From assembly GCF_009914755.1 (NCBI RefSeq), contig NC_060927.1: a DNA stretch of 64,000 nucleotides. The stretch is one strand, 5' to 3'. Numbering within the stretch: position 1 is the first letter of the stretch; each line of letters starts with the position of its first letter. This DNA is from the human T2T-CHM13v2.0 reference genome, Homo sapiens. Shown here in pieces: positions 40,725-52,906 of this stretch. Position numbers and translations under genes: made by a program. Below the pieces are notes generated by a model. It was not told where the DNA came from. It was given only the letters and a program-made list of their open reading frames with translations, and did not search any database.

Positions 40725-41374
40725 GGGTAAGCAATCTGTAGCTGGTGGGCCATCCACCAGTTTTTATAAATAAAGTTTTATTGGTACACAGCAATGTGTA
40801 TTTGTTTATGGAGTGTATTAGTTTCCCATTGATGGTGCAACAAATTTCCATGAGCTTAGTGGCTTGCAACAACAGAAACTCATTATTGCACAGTTCTGGA
40901 AGCCAGAAATCCGTTTCATGGGGCTGAAATCTAGGGGTCAGCAGGGCTGTGCTTCCAGAGTTTCTAAGAGAAAATTGGTTCCTTTCCTCTCCCAGCTTCC
41001 AATGGCTGCTGACATTCCTTGGCTTGTGGCTGCATCATTTCCATCTCTACCTCCAGGGTCAAATTGCCTTCTCCTCTTGCATCTGTGTCAAATCTTTCTC
41101 TGCCTCTCTCTTTTAAGGATACCTGTGACTACATTTAGGGCCCACCTAGATAATCTAGAATAATTGCCCTATCTCAAGATGGTTAACTTAATCATATTTG
41201 CAAAGTCTTTGCCATGATATGTTTGTGGGCTATTATTCAACCTACTACAGATTGTGTTGATGGCTGCCTTCTCGCTGTAACAACAGAGTTGAGTAGCTAT
41301 TGCAGAGACCATTTGGCCCATGAGCCTGAAATATTTACTCTCTGACCCTTTAAGAAAAAGTCCGGTGACCCCTG
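40725..41374. mobile_element. MER58A split by an MLT1C-like LTR (40814-41249, minus strand)
   Basis: MER58 motifs gtttttataaataaagttttattggtacacagc and gcctgaaatatttactctctgaccctttaagaaaaag...gacccctg flank tgtattagtttcc...cctactaca. Confidence 0.8.
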
Positions 41375-42934
41375 ATATAATTGAAGCCAAAGACTGGCCA
41401 GAGCCCCTAAGGCAGTTGTTCTCAAACAATAAGGTATGCCAGAATCACTCTGGGTGCCTGTTGCAGGGCTCCACTCTAGGCCTCCGGGATCAGAATTTCT
41501 GGTAGGGTCTGAGGCAGAGGCTGGGATAGACAGTGTTAGTAGCGAAAGATTGTATTTTGAGAAACATGCCACGTGCTTATACCACATGGACCAAACCTTT
41601 ATTTCTGGGTGATTTTGGTTATCTACAAGGAGTAGCAGTGGAGTCACAGAGCAAGAGCTAGTCCAGTCCTGTAGAGCAGAGGTTCATGCCACAGGCACTG
41701 TTGGTCTGGCTGTTGGGCGACAGCCAAAATAGAGAGAAGAGGAGGCGGGAAGAGGATAAAGGAAAGGGGAAGTTAAGCAGCAGTTGTCTCCCACCTCATC
41801 GGAGAAAAGGCGAGAGCCTGATGATTCAGAGTGTAGGTGTGGGAGGTGAGGGCAGGCATGCAATGGGAGTGTGCAGAAGACTTTGTAATGACTAAATGCA
41901 TTCTATATTATTGTAATTATTGTTAGCAGTAGTAGCAATAGTAATTTATTATTGCCATTGCTGTTAGATGAGAGTGACCTGGCAGCTGCCTCTTCCCATT
42001 AGGGGCTAGTATATCTTATAAGGTAATGAGCCCCCTGCCACTGAAGATGTTGAACAGGCAGAACAACTCCTTGGCAGGATTACGCAGCAGTGATTTGGGT
42101 ATGGGGAGAGGCATAGGTAACACAACCTTTAAAACCTTTAGAAACTTGGATTCTGATTTCTTGCTAAGCATATGGGAAGACCTTGTGCAGAAATCCTAGA
42201 GGCCACTGAGCAGTGCCAGGCCTCTGATTTCTGCTGATCCCCGTAGCCTGGGCTCCCAAGGATGTGGCCCACAGCCCTCTGGGAGCCCAATCTTATCTTT
42301 TCTTCCTTCTTTTTATGGTCCTTAGTTAACCTGATGTTCTTCCTGTCCCCTGGATATCCTGCCAATACTCCCATTTCTCTTGTGCCTGACACTTCTTTCC
42401 CTCTGCAGTGCCTTCTCCATAACTTCTGCCAAGTTGAGCCTTTCCTCTCCTTCCAGAGTCAGTTTCTACTTTACCTCCTCCAGGAGACCTTCCTGGATCT
42501 AATGTATTCCTCTGAGAATCATCCTATTCCACATCAGTTTGGGGCATATGCATGCACAATACACTCTGACATGGAGACCCTTGCTTGATGTTCATGGTTT
42601 ATTTTTTCCCATGTAAATTCAGTCAGAGCCCTGGGCAGAGCCTCAGAAAAAAACCTTCTCAAGTGGTAGGGGCTTGTCCTAATGGAGCTCATAGAAGCAA
42701 CGTGGCCAGGAAGGCAGTCAGGAATGAGGCAGGTAGAAAATTCCCTGAGTAGGACGAAGGGGGCTGGGAGCATAGCTCTCCCCCATTTGCCAGCGTAAGC
42801 CGAACAGCTTGGGGTAAGCCTTATTCAACTGCACCTGCGCTTGTGGTGCCAGAAACTTCTGGGCTTAGGGAACATTGCCCTTCCGTGTCTGGGAAGGACA
42901 CTGAATAAACTGGGAAGATAATGACTGGCTGCAT

Positions 42935-43090
42935 TAAAAAAGCAAAAAACAAAAACAAAACAAAACAAAAAAACCCCCAAAACCAAAAAAAAAAAAAACA
43001 AAAAAAAAAACACCAAACCAACCAACTCTTACATCCTGAGCTTTTAAAAGATAAAATGCAAAAATAAAACAAAATAAAGAAACCTATAAT
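42935..43090. repeat. A-rich low-complexity tract (AnC units)
   Basis: aaaaaagcaaaaaacaaaaacaaaacaaaac... Confidence 0.85.
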
Positions 43091-44905
43091 TAAATAATGC
43101 AGTTTAACAGTTGGATTTCTTTCTGAGAAGAAGAAAGCGCTGCAAGGAAGGTGGTGAGCAGAGAAACAGGCTGTTTGTTAATTGAGCCTGCCCTCCTCTG
43201 CTAGCGCCCAGCCTTGGCCAGGCAAAAGGAAAGCCATGCTGCCATGGGAACGTACATTGGGAATAATCCAGGGCAGCCCAGAAGCTTCTGCATGTGGGCG
43301 TGTGCATGTCTGTGAGACAGGATTTGGGGCTGTCCCTCAGTGAGCCTCCGTTGTTATCCAGCACTGCCCCATTCTGCTCTGTCATTCACAGCTCACGAGC
43401 TCCCCTTGGCCTCTCTGATGTCCTTTGTACTACTTAGAAGTCACAGCACCCATTGTCCCTTTTATCCAGCCTTCTCATGTGGGGTCCATTTCATCCTATT
43501 GTCTTTATGTGCATACACGCCTTCCTTTTGGCCACCTCCTCATGATTCCTCTCTGCCTCCCTATCTCCCACCAATGTGGTTTTCCTTATTGGTTTCCACC
43601 GTTCCCAGGGAACCTTATGTTGCTGTGGCACAATCTTTCGTACCCTGGACCTGCATCTCTCAAAGTGTTTTCCAAGATCAGTTCCACAGGATGATCCTCT
43701 ACAAAGAAAACGGGGTTCTACTCTCAAAGAAGTTTGGGAAATGCTGGACATTCTAGCTCTCCTTCTTGGAGAATTACAATATCCATTAAAATACATTAAC
43801 ATTTTAAGGCTCTGGGAAGTCCTGCAGTAAAGAACTTTATTTTTTTTTTTTTAATCTGGCATTTTCCAAACTAAAGAATAACCTCATTCCCTAAAAATTT
43901 ATGTGTCTGTGATGCATATCCATTAACATCTTGCAGATCTATTGTTACATTGACTTTATCATGGGGTCCTTATTATTCATCTCTGCTTATTGTCCTCTGT
44001 AATTTCAGCATCTATGTCAATTATTGATCAAATCCTATAGCTTCATTGCTACTCAGCCTCCTTGGTACGAAAGTCCTCCACCTACCTACCATGATTATGC
44101 ACGTCCAAGATCTTGACCCTTGATGTGTCTATCTGTGGTTTTAGTCCCTTACTTTGACCTTTCTGATATCCTCTTGTCATTTGGGAGAGGATGGATATGA
44201 GAGGAATAAAATCAACACCTTTCCCTCTTTTCTGGGATCTCATCATCCAATAGAACATCTCCCACCCTCCCTGGGCATACCCCATTTATATGGTGCATTA
44301 GCTCCACTCTGCCTTCACTCAGCTTGGAGCCTGGCACAGATACTGTGGCCAAAGCTTTCAACAGAGCTTTCGCTGTGCCCTAGTATCCTGTCAGCAACCC
44401 TGAAGCTCATGTCCTACCCAGTCCTACTGTCATTCTCGAGAGAAGTTCTCCAGTGATGGTTTCATTTCCCTCTCCTCAGTACCCTAAGCCTACCCTGACC
44501 CTGGACTGCCTCTTGTCTACTGTTCCACCCAAAGAACCATGTCCCTCAGGCAGGCTGAACTCTTCCCTCTCCACCACGTATCTCCATTTCCTCCTCTCTC
44601 TTGGAGTTCAACAGCCTGCCTCAGAGAGGGGGGCAGCCCCATCTGCTGTGGGCTGGACCCCCGCCTTATGCCTTCCCTGAGACCTTGCTCCGTTGTTGTC
44701 CCTACCCTTCCCAGCATAAAGATTCTCTTCCTCTAGGCTCATTCCTCTCCTTTTTTCTATAATCTTCAAAGGTCTCTTCCTTTCTGAATACCACATGGCT
44801 TGATCCTGCTGCCTCCTCTTGACTCCTTATCTACACTTCTGGATGTGGGGAATTAGAATTCTCCAGGCTTTCTCTTCTAACTCCTCCTTCCCTTCCATCT
44901 GAACC

Positions 44906-45111
44906 TTCCAAACTTCCTATTCACTATTTATTATATGATTTGAAAGCTCATTCATTAATGGACACTATGCTTAGGAAGTGGAACCAAGTTTCTCAGGAGT
45001 GTCAGACAGGGAAAAAAAAAAGCAGAAACTTGATTCTGTTTCCTGAGCATAGTGTCCATTAGTGAATGCACTTTAAAATCATATAATAAATGGTGAATAG
45101 GAAGTTTGGAA
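44906..45111. repeat. Inverted repeat: 88-bp arms (44906-44993, 45024-45111), 30-nt spacer, 78/88 identity
   Basis: Manual ungapped alignment of arm A to the reverse complement of arm B. Confidence 0.95.
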
Positions 45112-46042
45112 AGTAGAGGAAAGAAAAAGTGACTATCTTCCAGCCATCTAAAAAGCTCCCCGGCCATGATCCTGAATCTCATGTCTCCAAGGCCAGCCCT
45201 GGTTCTAGCTTGGGAGGGGCAGTGTCAGCCAGCCCTCCAAGCCACCCTTTGCCAGTTGGAGCTGTGGTTCCTTGTGGTTCCAAGACTCTACTTGTATAAT
45301 GTCCAAGGAAGGTCAGGAAAAAAACAACAGCTATGGTAAAACAAGCAAACAAACTGCCAGAGTGACAATGCTTGGGGTGAGGTCAAGGATAGAGGGGAAG
45401 GTTGAGAGTGTTGGAGGACCTCCCAGCTTTTGGGAAACCTTCCATTTAATTTTCTCGCTTCCTTTTCCTCATGTGGAAGGCAATGGAGAGATGGGGACCA
45501 TTTCCAAGGCAGATGAGACAAGGGTGGTTATCACGTCAAAGAACCAGGGCTAGTGGTATGAAAGGTCCAACTCTGAGTTAATCTGTATGAATCTGCCCTG
45601 AGTGGGGGCGCTGGGCAGTGGTGGTGGTGCTGAAACACTTTTTCATCAGGGCTGAATCTCACAGTGGCCTGATCTTATGTAATCCTTTTCTCTCTGCAGC
45701 CTCCTTACTTCCTCCTCAAGGGTATTCTGGATTGATTTTTTTGTCAAGCCTCCCCTCTATCTGTGTGGCTTCTGGACCCCTTAACCAGAAGGAAACCTTA
45801 TTCATGAACTCACACTTGGGCGGGATCCCTGGGAGACTCTGCCCTCTGTGTAAGAGATCCTTGTTTTCCAGTATTGGTGAGGTTCGCACCTCTCCACTCT
45901 CTTTCATTAGATCCCTTTGTGGTCCTACTCTGGGGTATATCCAGTGGCCACCTGAGATGTGGCGTGAAGAGTCTGTGATCATGACATAGTGGTTTTCTTT
46001 GTGTAATGGCCAGTGCCCTGTAAGGTCATAGTTACCCTTAAC

Positions 46043-46171
46043 TTTTTTCCTGTTTAACGCCCCTGAGAAACTTGGTTCCACTTCCTAAGCATAGTGTCCA
46101 TTAATGAATACATTTTAAAATCATGTAATAAATAGTGAATAGGGTATTTGGAAAGTAGAGGAAAGAAAAAG
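46043..46171. repeat. Third copy of the 88-bp segment (direct relative to arm B, inverted relative to arm A)
   Basis: 46062-46109 is the exact reverse complement of 44950-44997. The downstream agtagaggaaagaaaaag is shared with the sequence following arm B. Confidence 0.93.
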
Positions 46172-46957
46172 CAACGATCCAAAATCCTGGCCTTCTAATA
46201 GCAACAGAAATTGTCATTTTGGTATACTCCTTCCAGTTATTTTAAATGTGATGTTTAGAAAACACTTGTAATCTCAGTATGTACGTATGCATTTGCAGTG
46301 ATTAAGACCTTGAGCATTCTGATTTCTGATAAGATTCATGTGCTCCTCTAGCAGGAGTGACAGGTGGCACCTCAGGCAGACAGGCAGGGGTGGTTTTTTG
46401 GCTGTGTAAAAAATACTTAATGTTTTTTCTATGAATCTGAAAACTTCCCAGTAATGCTATCCTGGGATGGATGCTTTGAGGTCTTCTCACCATAGTAGTC
46501 AGCTCATCACAAGCACTCCCACCTCACAGAGGTCTATAAAGAGAAGTAAATTAGAGGTTAAATTTCCAAAGAACATAGCACTTTCCACCAGCTTGTTTTC
46601 TCAATAAGAACAGTTATCACCATTTTCATTATCATCTCACATTTGTAGAGAGCTTTACTTTTCCAAGTGCATCCCCATGTGCCAACTCATCAGTTCTTGC
46701 AACAGCCCTGTAATGTGCACAGTACTGTTTTCATCTGCCTTCTACAGATGAGGCACCAGAGAAGCCAAAAGACTTGCCCACGGTCATATGTGCTACCTGC
46801 ATCTAGACCCCCCCACCTTGTCCTAAGCAGTGACCAGATTTCTCTGGATACCCTATTTCTGTCTGATCACCCAGCACTCAGACAGATTTCTTTTTCCTCT
46901 GTGGCTTTCCTTTCTGACTGGTTTTCTTAAACACTCTTCTCTTCCTCCTTCTTGCAG

Positions 46958-47072
46958 GGGGTCGTGATAAGCGAGGCGGACCCATCCTGACCTTCCCTGC
47001 TCGCAGCAATCATGACAGAATAAGACAGGAAGACCTGCGGAAACTCGTGACGTATTTGGCCAGCGTGCCAAG
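46958..47072 (+). CDS. KALRN: KALRN coding exon ('exon 3'), 115 nt, phase 1-2, Sec14/CRAL-TRIO domain
   Basis: Long polypyrimidine tract plus ttgcag|GG at 46957/46958; donor CCAAG|gtaagg at 47072/47073. Translation (G)GRDKRGGPILTFPARSNHDRIRQEDLRKLVTYLASVP(S) is in frame with the previous exon. Locally CpG-rich, as expected for coding sequence. Confidence 0.97.
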
Positions 47073-47357
47073 GTAAGGGGAAGGGGAATGGCCTGCAGGG
47101 GAGCGGGAGGGGAGCTGGGCTGATGCCAGTTTTGGAAGGAGCCTCCATCCCTGCCAGGGACCCTAGTGGTTTCTGCTCTTCCAGTGGATTCTAACCATTC
47201 CTGGAACACCATTGTCCATTGTCTGCCTCATTCCCATTGTTACTGCTGAGATTCATGTGAATGGGGTGGGAGCTGGAAGTGGCAACTCCGGACACTCAAC
47301 TCTGTATCACTCAGCTACAGGAAACACTCTATGACACTGATTTAGGTCATGCATTTT

Positions 47358-47577
47358 CAGTGGGAGTGATATTGCCCCCAAAGAGAGTGAAAATTGGTTC
47401 TTGGGGATAGCAAAAGATTTTTTTTTCCATGTATTAAACACAGGTATACATACTCTACCAAGGTACAGTATATGTGTGGTATTAAATTTTCACTGGGTAG
47501 GGTGATTAGGGAAAAAAGATCTAAAAAGGCTCCTTCGGGGCCTAGGATGATAATTTTAAAAAGTGTGAGAAACACTG
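47358..47577. mobile_element. hAT-Charlie MITE (subfamily unresolved)
   Basis: cagtgggagtgatattgccccc...aaaaagtgtgagaaacactg; CAG...CTG termini. Confidence 0.5.
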
Positions 47578-49502
47578 GTCTAGGTAGCACTGGCCACAAG
47601 GTGGGTGTGGGAGACACGCCAAGGACATAGTTTATGTATTTTGAGACGGAAGAGAAGAGAGCTTCACTTGATCAGAGAACCACAAGATGTGAGAGTTGGG
47701 AGAGCCCTGAGGAGCAATCTAGGCAGATACATGTCATGTCCTGCTTAGGGAAAGGGGCTGACAGGGGATGTGTGTGGTTCACAAGGGTCAGTGGCAGAGC
47801 TTGGTCTAGAACTCAACCCTCCTGAGTCCAGCCCCGGTGCTCTCTCACCATCTTTGTTCTTGAGCAGCGACGGCACTGCTCTCTGTCTCTTAGTGGGGCC
47901 AAAGCCTGTGAAATGTTTGTTGTGGCAAATAAGAAATGGTTCTTTGGGCTTTCAAAACCTTCGTCTTGTCTCTGTGCATTTTATAGAAGAATTAGTGAAT
48001 TACAGGGAGGAGCTATATATCCAGCTTTGCCTTTGCTGGAAGACCTGGGATAATTTTTGAATGTGCTGATTAAGTTCTTGAAGCAGGTGTTGAGTGAGGC
48101 AAGTACTGCATTTCAGAGAGCTAAAGAAGAGATGAATGTAAAGGAGTGGTTGGGAGGTGATGGGCAGGTAGTAAAGGGGATTTTAAGAGCAGTCATCACA
48201 TGCTTGGAAGGATGTTGAATGGAATTGTGAGCCCTGAAGAACTTCGGGCAGAAGACTGAACAAGTAGATGCTGAATAGTGTCTGTTTTTTTTTTTCTTTA
48301 TGATATCCACTGGGAACAGAAAAAACATAAAAGGTCTTAAGCTTCAGTAAAAGGGATTTGGGTTATATCTGAAGAAGAACTTATAAACTTTGAGTGCATG
48401 AAACAATGAATATAAGGATGAAAGATTTTTTTTCTGGGGGTCATTATAAAGAAGAAATACTCTTATCTGTCTCAGAGGCAAGGAGGTAGACTAAATAACT
48501 CGTGATTGATATAGGTAATTTAGCAATTTAGCCATCTAGGAGCTAAGCAGTTTTTTAAAGCACTTTTCCTAAGTAAGTGACTAACAGGCATAAAACCAGG
48601 AATTTTCTGAAGCAATTTACAATAGAAGTTTTCATAGGGAGCTGTGATGAACTCTCAGTTCTCTTAAAGACAGAAGAAATTGGGATCCCGGAAGACACAA
48701 AGGGTAAATTTTTCTTTCCTGCGTGTTCATCACATAGCTGCAGCTAATTGATGCTCATCTTTTCTTTAGAATAAAGAGGGAAAGAGTTGGAAGAATACTT
48801 TTCTTCATTCTGACTTGTTAAGCAAAGAGTGGGACAAAACAGACGGGAAGCAATTTAAAAAGAAAAGATTTCCGCTGGGGTGAAGGGGAACAAAACCCAA
48901 GAGGGGCTGAGAGGAAGGTCATGAAAAAGGTGGAATAATACATTATCACTGAAGGAACACACAAGATGCAGGCTCTCTGCTTCTCAGGGGGTGGTCACAT
49001 CAGTGCAATCTGCACTCCTGAGAACTGGAAGGCTCTTCACAGGGCAGGCGAGAGCCCTATTGCCAGTGGGAAGAACTGTTCTGTGATGCCTGCTGCCCTG
49101 CCTCCTGAGGGACCTGCATTCATGAAGAGTGTAAGTGCCTGGCAGGCCGCAGAGTTCACCTAGTCATGCCCACCAGTCACTTCCTAATTCTCTTGGCTAC
49201 ATGTCACACATAATGGCTGTTGGATGGAACAGGATTGTTCTAAAGACAGTGAAGTTTGGGGTAGGAAAACTGAATAACTTAGCAGGTCAGATTATATTTG
49301 CCACTTTCTTCTTTGTAGCCATGGCTTTGGAAGAGAAAGGGAACAATGAAAATTAACTGTTAGACTCAGTAGATGATACTGATGAGAAGAAATTGTTTAT
49401 CTGGGTCAGATCCAGGATGCTAAAAAGACAGGCTCTGGTTGTTGGAGGTGGATTGTTACAGGCTGGTGTGATCAAGCCTGTAGGTGACATTTGATCATTT
49501 GA

Positions 49503-49801
<299 letters not shown>

Positions 49802-50039
49802 AACATTTGCTACCTATTTATTCATGCATTTATTCATTATGTAGTCAACAAGTATTTAGAGCTTCTCTATGCCAGGTAGATTGAGGACTTGTGGTGAACA
49901 GGAACACACATTTTGAGAAATTTAGGGGAAACCTGGGTATTTTCCTACCCAGTGCCAAACCAGTAATAGTAAAAGGCAGCCCAAGATGGGAGTGCATTGT
50001 AGCGTAGGAGATGAACCAGCCAGCAGAAGACAAACAAAT

Positions 50040-50670
50040 AAGGATAAGTGAGTGGTGAAAGAGGATCCTAGAATTTAAGGAACCAGCAAACTTAACGGCC
50101 ATTTGGGGGACCATTTTAGAATAGATGATTAAACAGATAGTGTTGATAATTTAGAAATGAATAGGAAGAAATAGTCCCACTCTCCTCTCTGTAGGCCAGG
50201 CCATATCTGGACCACTGCATTCAACTCTGTAACATTCATCTGGCCAGCTTCATTTTAAGAACTACATAGATCAGTTAGAGTGCTGTCAAGGAAGCAGCAC
50301 ATTAAGGCACCCACAATCCATGTCTCCACAGTTGAAGGAATGAGGGATGTTTGCTGGCAGGCATGAAGATGAAGAAAAAAAAACAACAAAAAACGCAATT
50401 CCTGACTTCAGGAGAGCTGCCCCAGAAATGAGGGAACAGGCATGGCCTCTGTTGCATTAACGGGTGGACGTTAGAATCAGGAGAAAGAACCTGCCCACAT
50501 GGAAGCTGTCTAGCAACACTGCTGCTGCCTCTGGAGAAAGTGAACTTCCTGTCACTGGAGACCAGATGACCCTCTGTTAGGGATGCTGTAGAAAAAGTTC
50601 CTCTACTGGGTTGAAGGTGGGCTTAGATAACTTCTAAGAATCTTTCCTGCCCCGAATTCTAGGTTTCTGT
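50040..50670 (+). mobile_element. L3/CR1 relic
   Basis: caggccatatctggaccactgcattcaactctg...cattttaaga...gttgaaggaatgagggatgttt; CR1-like 3' end with gtgaacttcctgtcactggag. Confidence 0.5.
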
Positions 50671-52469
50671 GATATTGGAAAAAACAATGCATCATAAAAT
50701 CCAGGGCCTCAGAACAGAGTATTACCACCCCCACCAATATGCATCTAAGTGCTCTCTTCTCAGACTTCCTAAGTAAGTTAAGGTCTGGGATTTCACTTAA
50801 GATTTTGTCTATACCTTAAATCCTAAGAGAACTTCTTTTTAGTCCCCTTCGACTCCAGGTGGAAATTTTGGGGCATTACCCAGGACCAAGGATCCTGTTG
50901 GGGTGTAACAGCTTGGATCAGTCCTGACTTATTCGTTCAGCGTCCATCTTGGCCTGAGATGAGTCCCGTCATTTTAACTTCTCTGTCTTGCTCCTGATGA
51001 GTTTGGGCATCTATCTCCTAGGTCACTCAGGTTTTCCATCATCTTATTCTGAGGAGTCATAGGTAACAGGGTGGGAAGAAACCTTAAACGTCTTCTAATT
51101 CAACTTTTCAATAACTCCATCCACTCAGTTCAACAAATATTTACTGAGTGTCTACTATGAGACAAGTTCTGGATAGGAATCTTGGTGAGGCCTCATGTTA
51201 TCTTTACTGTCATCCACCTACACTTATCTAACATTTTTTTGTCCTGGTCTGCTGTCTGCTTACAGTTACTTGTACGTGAAAGGAGTGGAAAGAAAATACT
51301 CAGATGTGATCAGCTGATGAATGTCCCTAGAAATTGAAAGACAGGATAGAAAATCCAGCCTGAGAGTAAACAACTGTCCAGGCCTAGCCCACAGTGTGGA
51401 TAATCTACCCACTGTGATTATTGGGAGTTGACGAAATGCTTGAAATAGGAATTTCTAAGCACTACATCTAGTAAGGAAATCCTGGGTTACTTTTATTGCA
51501 TTGAATTCCTCTTCATCATCACTGTTAGCCTGCTTTGTCACGACCTTCTTTCTGTGACTCCTAAGGGCACCAGTTGATGTATCTGACACTTAATCTGCTC
51601 TTAGCAGTTCCACTGAGATACTGAGTGTTCTGCCAAGGAATGTGGTTATCATATTGGTGAGGAAAGATAACAAGAAATTAGGATGAGTTATTCTGTAATG
51701 TCAATCAAATCAAGGTGCCTTTACTTGTGGCCTATTATTTGATAACATTTGCTCTTGTTCTACGGATTTCAGCAAAACATAAGTTGGGCTTATGGCCTGC
51801 GCTGTCTTTGTGCAGCATTACCAGAAAATAGGTGTAAGCAGAGAGAACCAGGAAGACAGCTGAAAGAAGAGGGGTAAAAACTGCAAGGGTTTCCTGCCTC
51901 TATTTTCTGCGTGAGAGAGCCTGAGCTATCCAAACTACTGCCATGAAACATGTTCTGTTGTAAGGGCCTGTTGAGATGTGTTGTTGATACCTTACTCTTT
52001 GCTCTGGGATCATCAATAAAAGGAGGATGTGGGGAGGAAGGGGAGGGATCAGGTGATGGAAAGGCCAGATAATAGGACCAATGAGAACATTTAGGTCACA
52101 TTGTTTACATTTCCCTAAAACATACCTTTTAAAGATCATTGTTGATTTCTTTATCCATTTTGAATTTAAACCCTATGTATAAATAGCTTATAATTTCTAT
52201 GTATAAACAAGATACTTTTTACACACATTTCCAGCAATACCAGTTAGGTGTCCCTATTGTTGGCTATATGTAACCCCAGCCCTGAAGAGCAAATAGCATT
52301 CTACCATGCTGCTAGGAAACATAAAGCCACAGTAGTAACTGCAATCGTTAGTAATCACCTTCCTTAGAGTCATATCAGCTTTTGCAGCAAAGGATGAAGA
52401 GGCATCTTAGTCTAGATGGAAGATGCTGAGCTTCGGATCCCAGCTCTACCTTTCTGCAGCTGGGAAACA

Positions 52470-52906
52470 TATGGCCCCTCAACCTGGGTAATTTGGGAAG
52501 ACTTTAACCAAGACACAGTTTATAAGGCTGTGGGCAGAGAACAGAGAAACCAGCAAGGTTTGGATCCCTCAGGCATTGCAGGCCTGGAAACAGCACGGAG
52601 GGGAAACATTACCACTTCTAAGAGAGAGGAGAGCTTTGTGAGAGGCTGCCTGACAGGAACTGTGGCCTTCAGTGGAAGATGCCACCAACACATGGTGACT
52701 CCATGACAGGGAGCAGGGGAATTGGTACCTTGACCCCACTCTCTTCCCATTCTCTCATCTCCTGTCATCATTGACTGAATGTACCGAGAAGCCAGATGAC
52801 AGGGGAGCCCATTGATGTAGTCCATGTAGGTCAACTCCCCAGGGCACTGGGTAGTGGAGAGAAGATACAGAATGGATTCAAGGTGCAAATGGAAGATATT
52901 TGGCAC
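52470..52906 (-). mobile_element. ERVL LTR (LTR41/LTR33-class)
   Basis: The reverse complement starts tgtgccaaatatcttccatttgc...ggagttgacctacatggactacatcaatgggctccc. Confidence 0.55.

Noticed and set aside
44906-45111. Calling the hairpin a miRNA gene
   Set aside because: The stem is far longer than a typical pre-miRNA, and I do not recognise a mature miRNA sequence. Kept only as a hypothesis.
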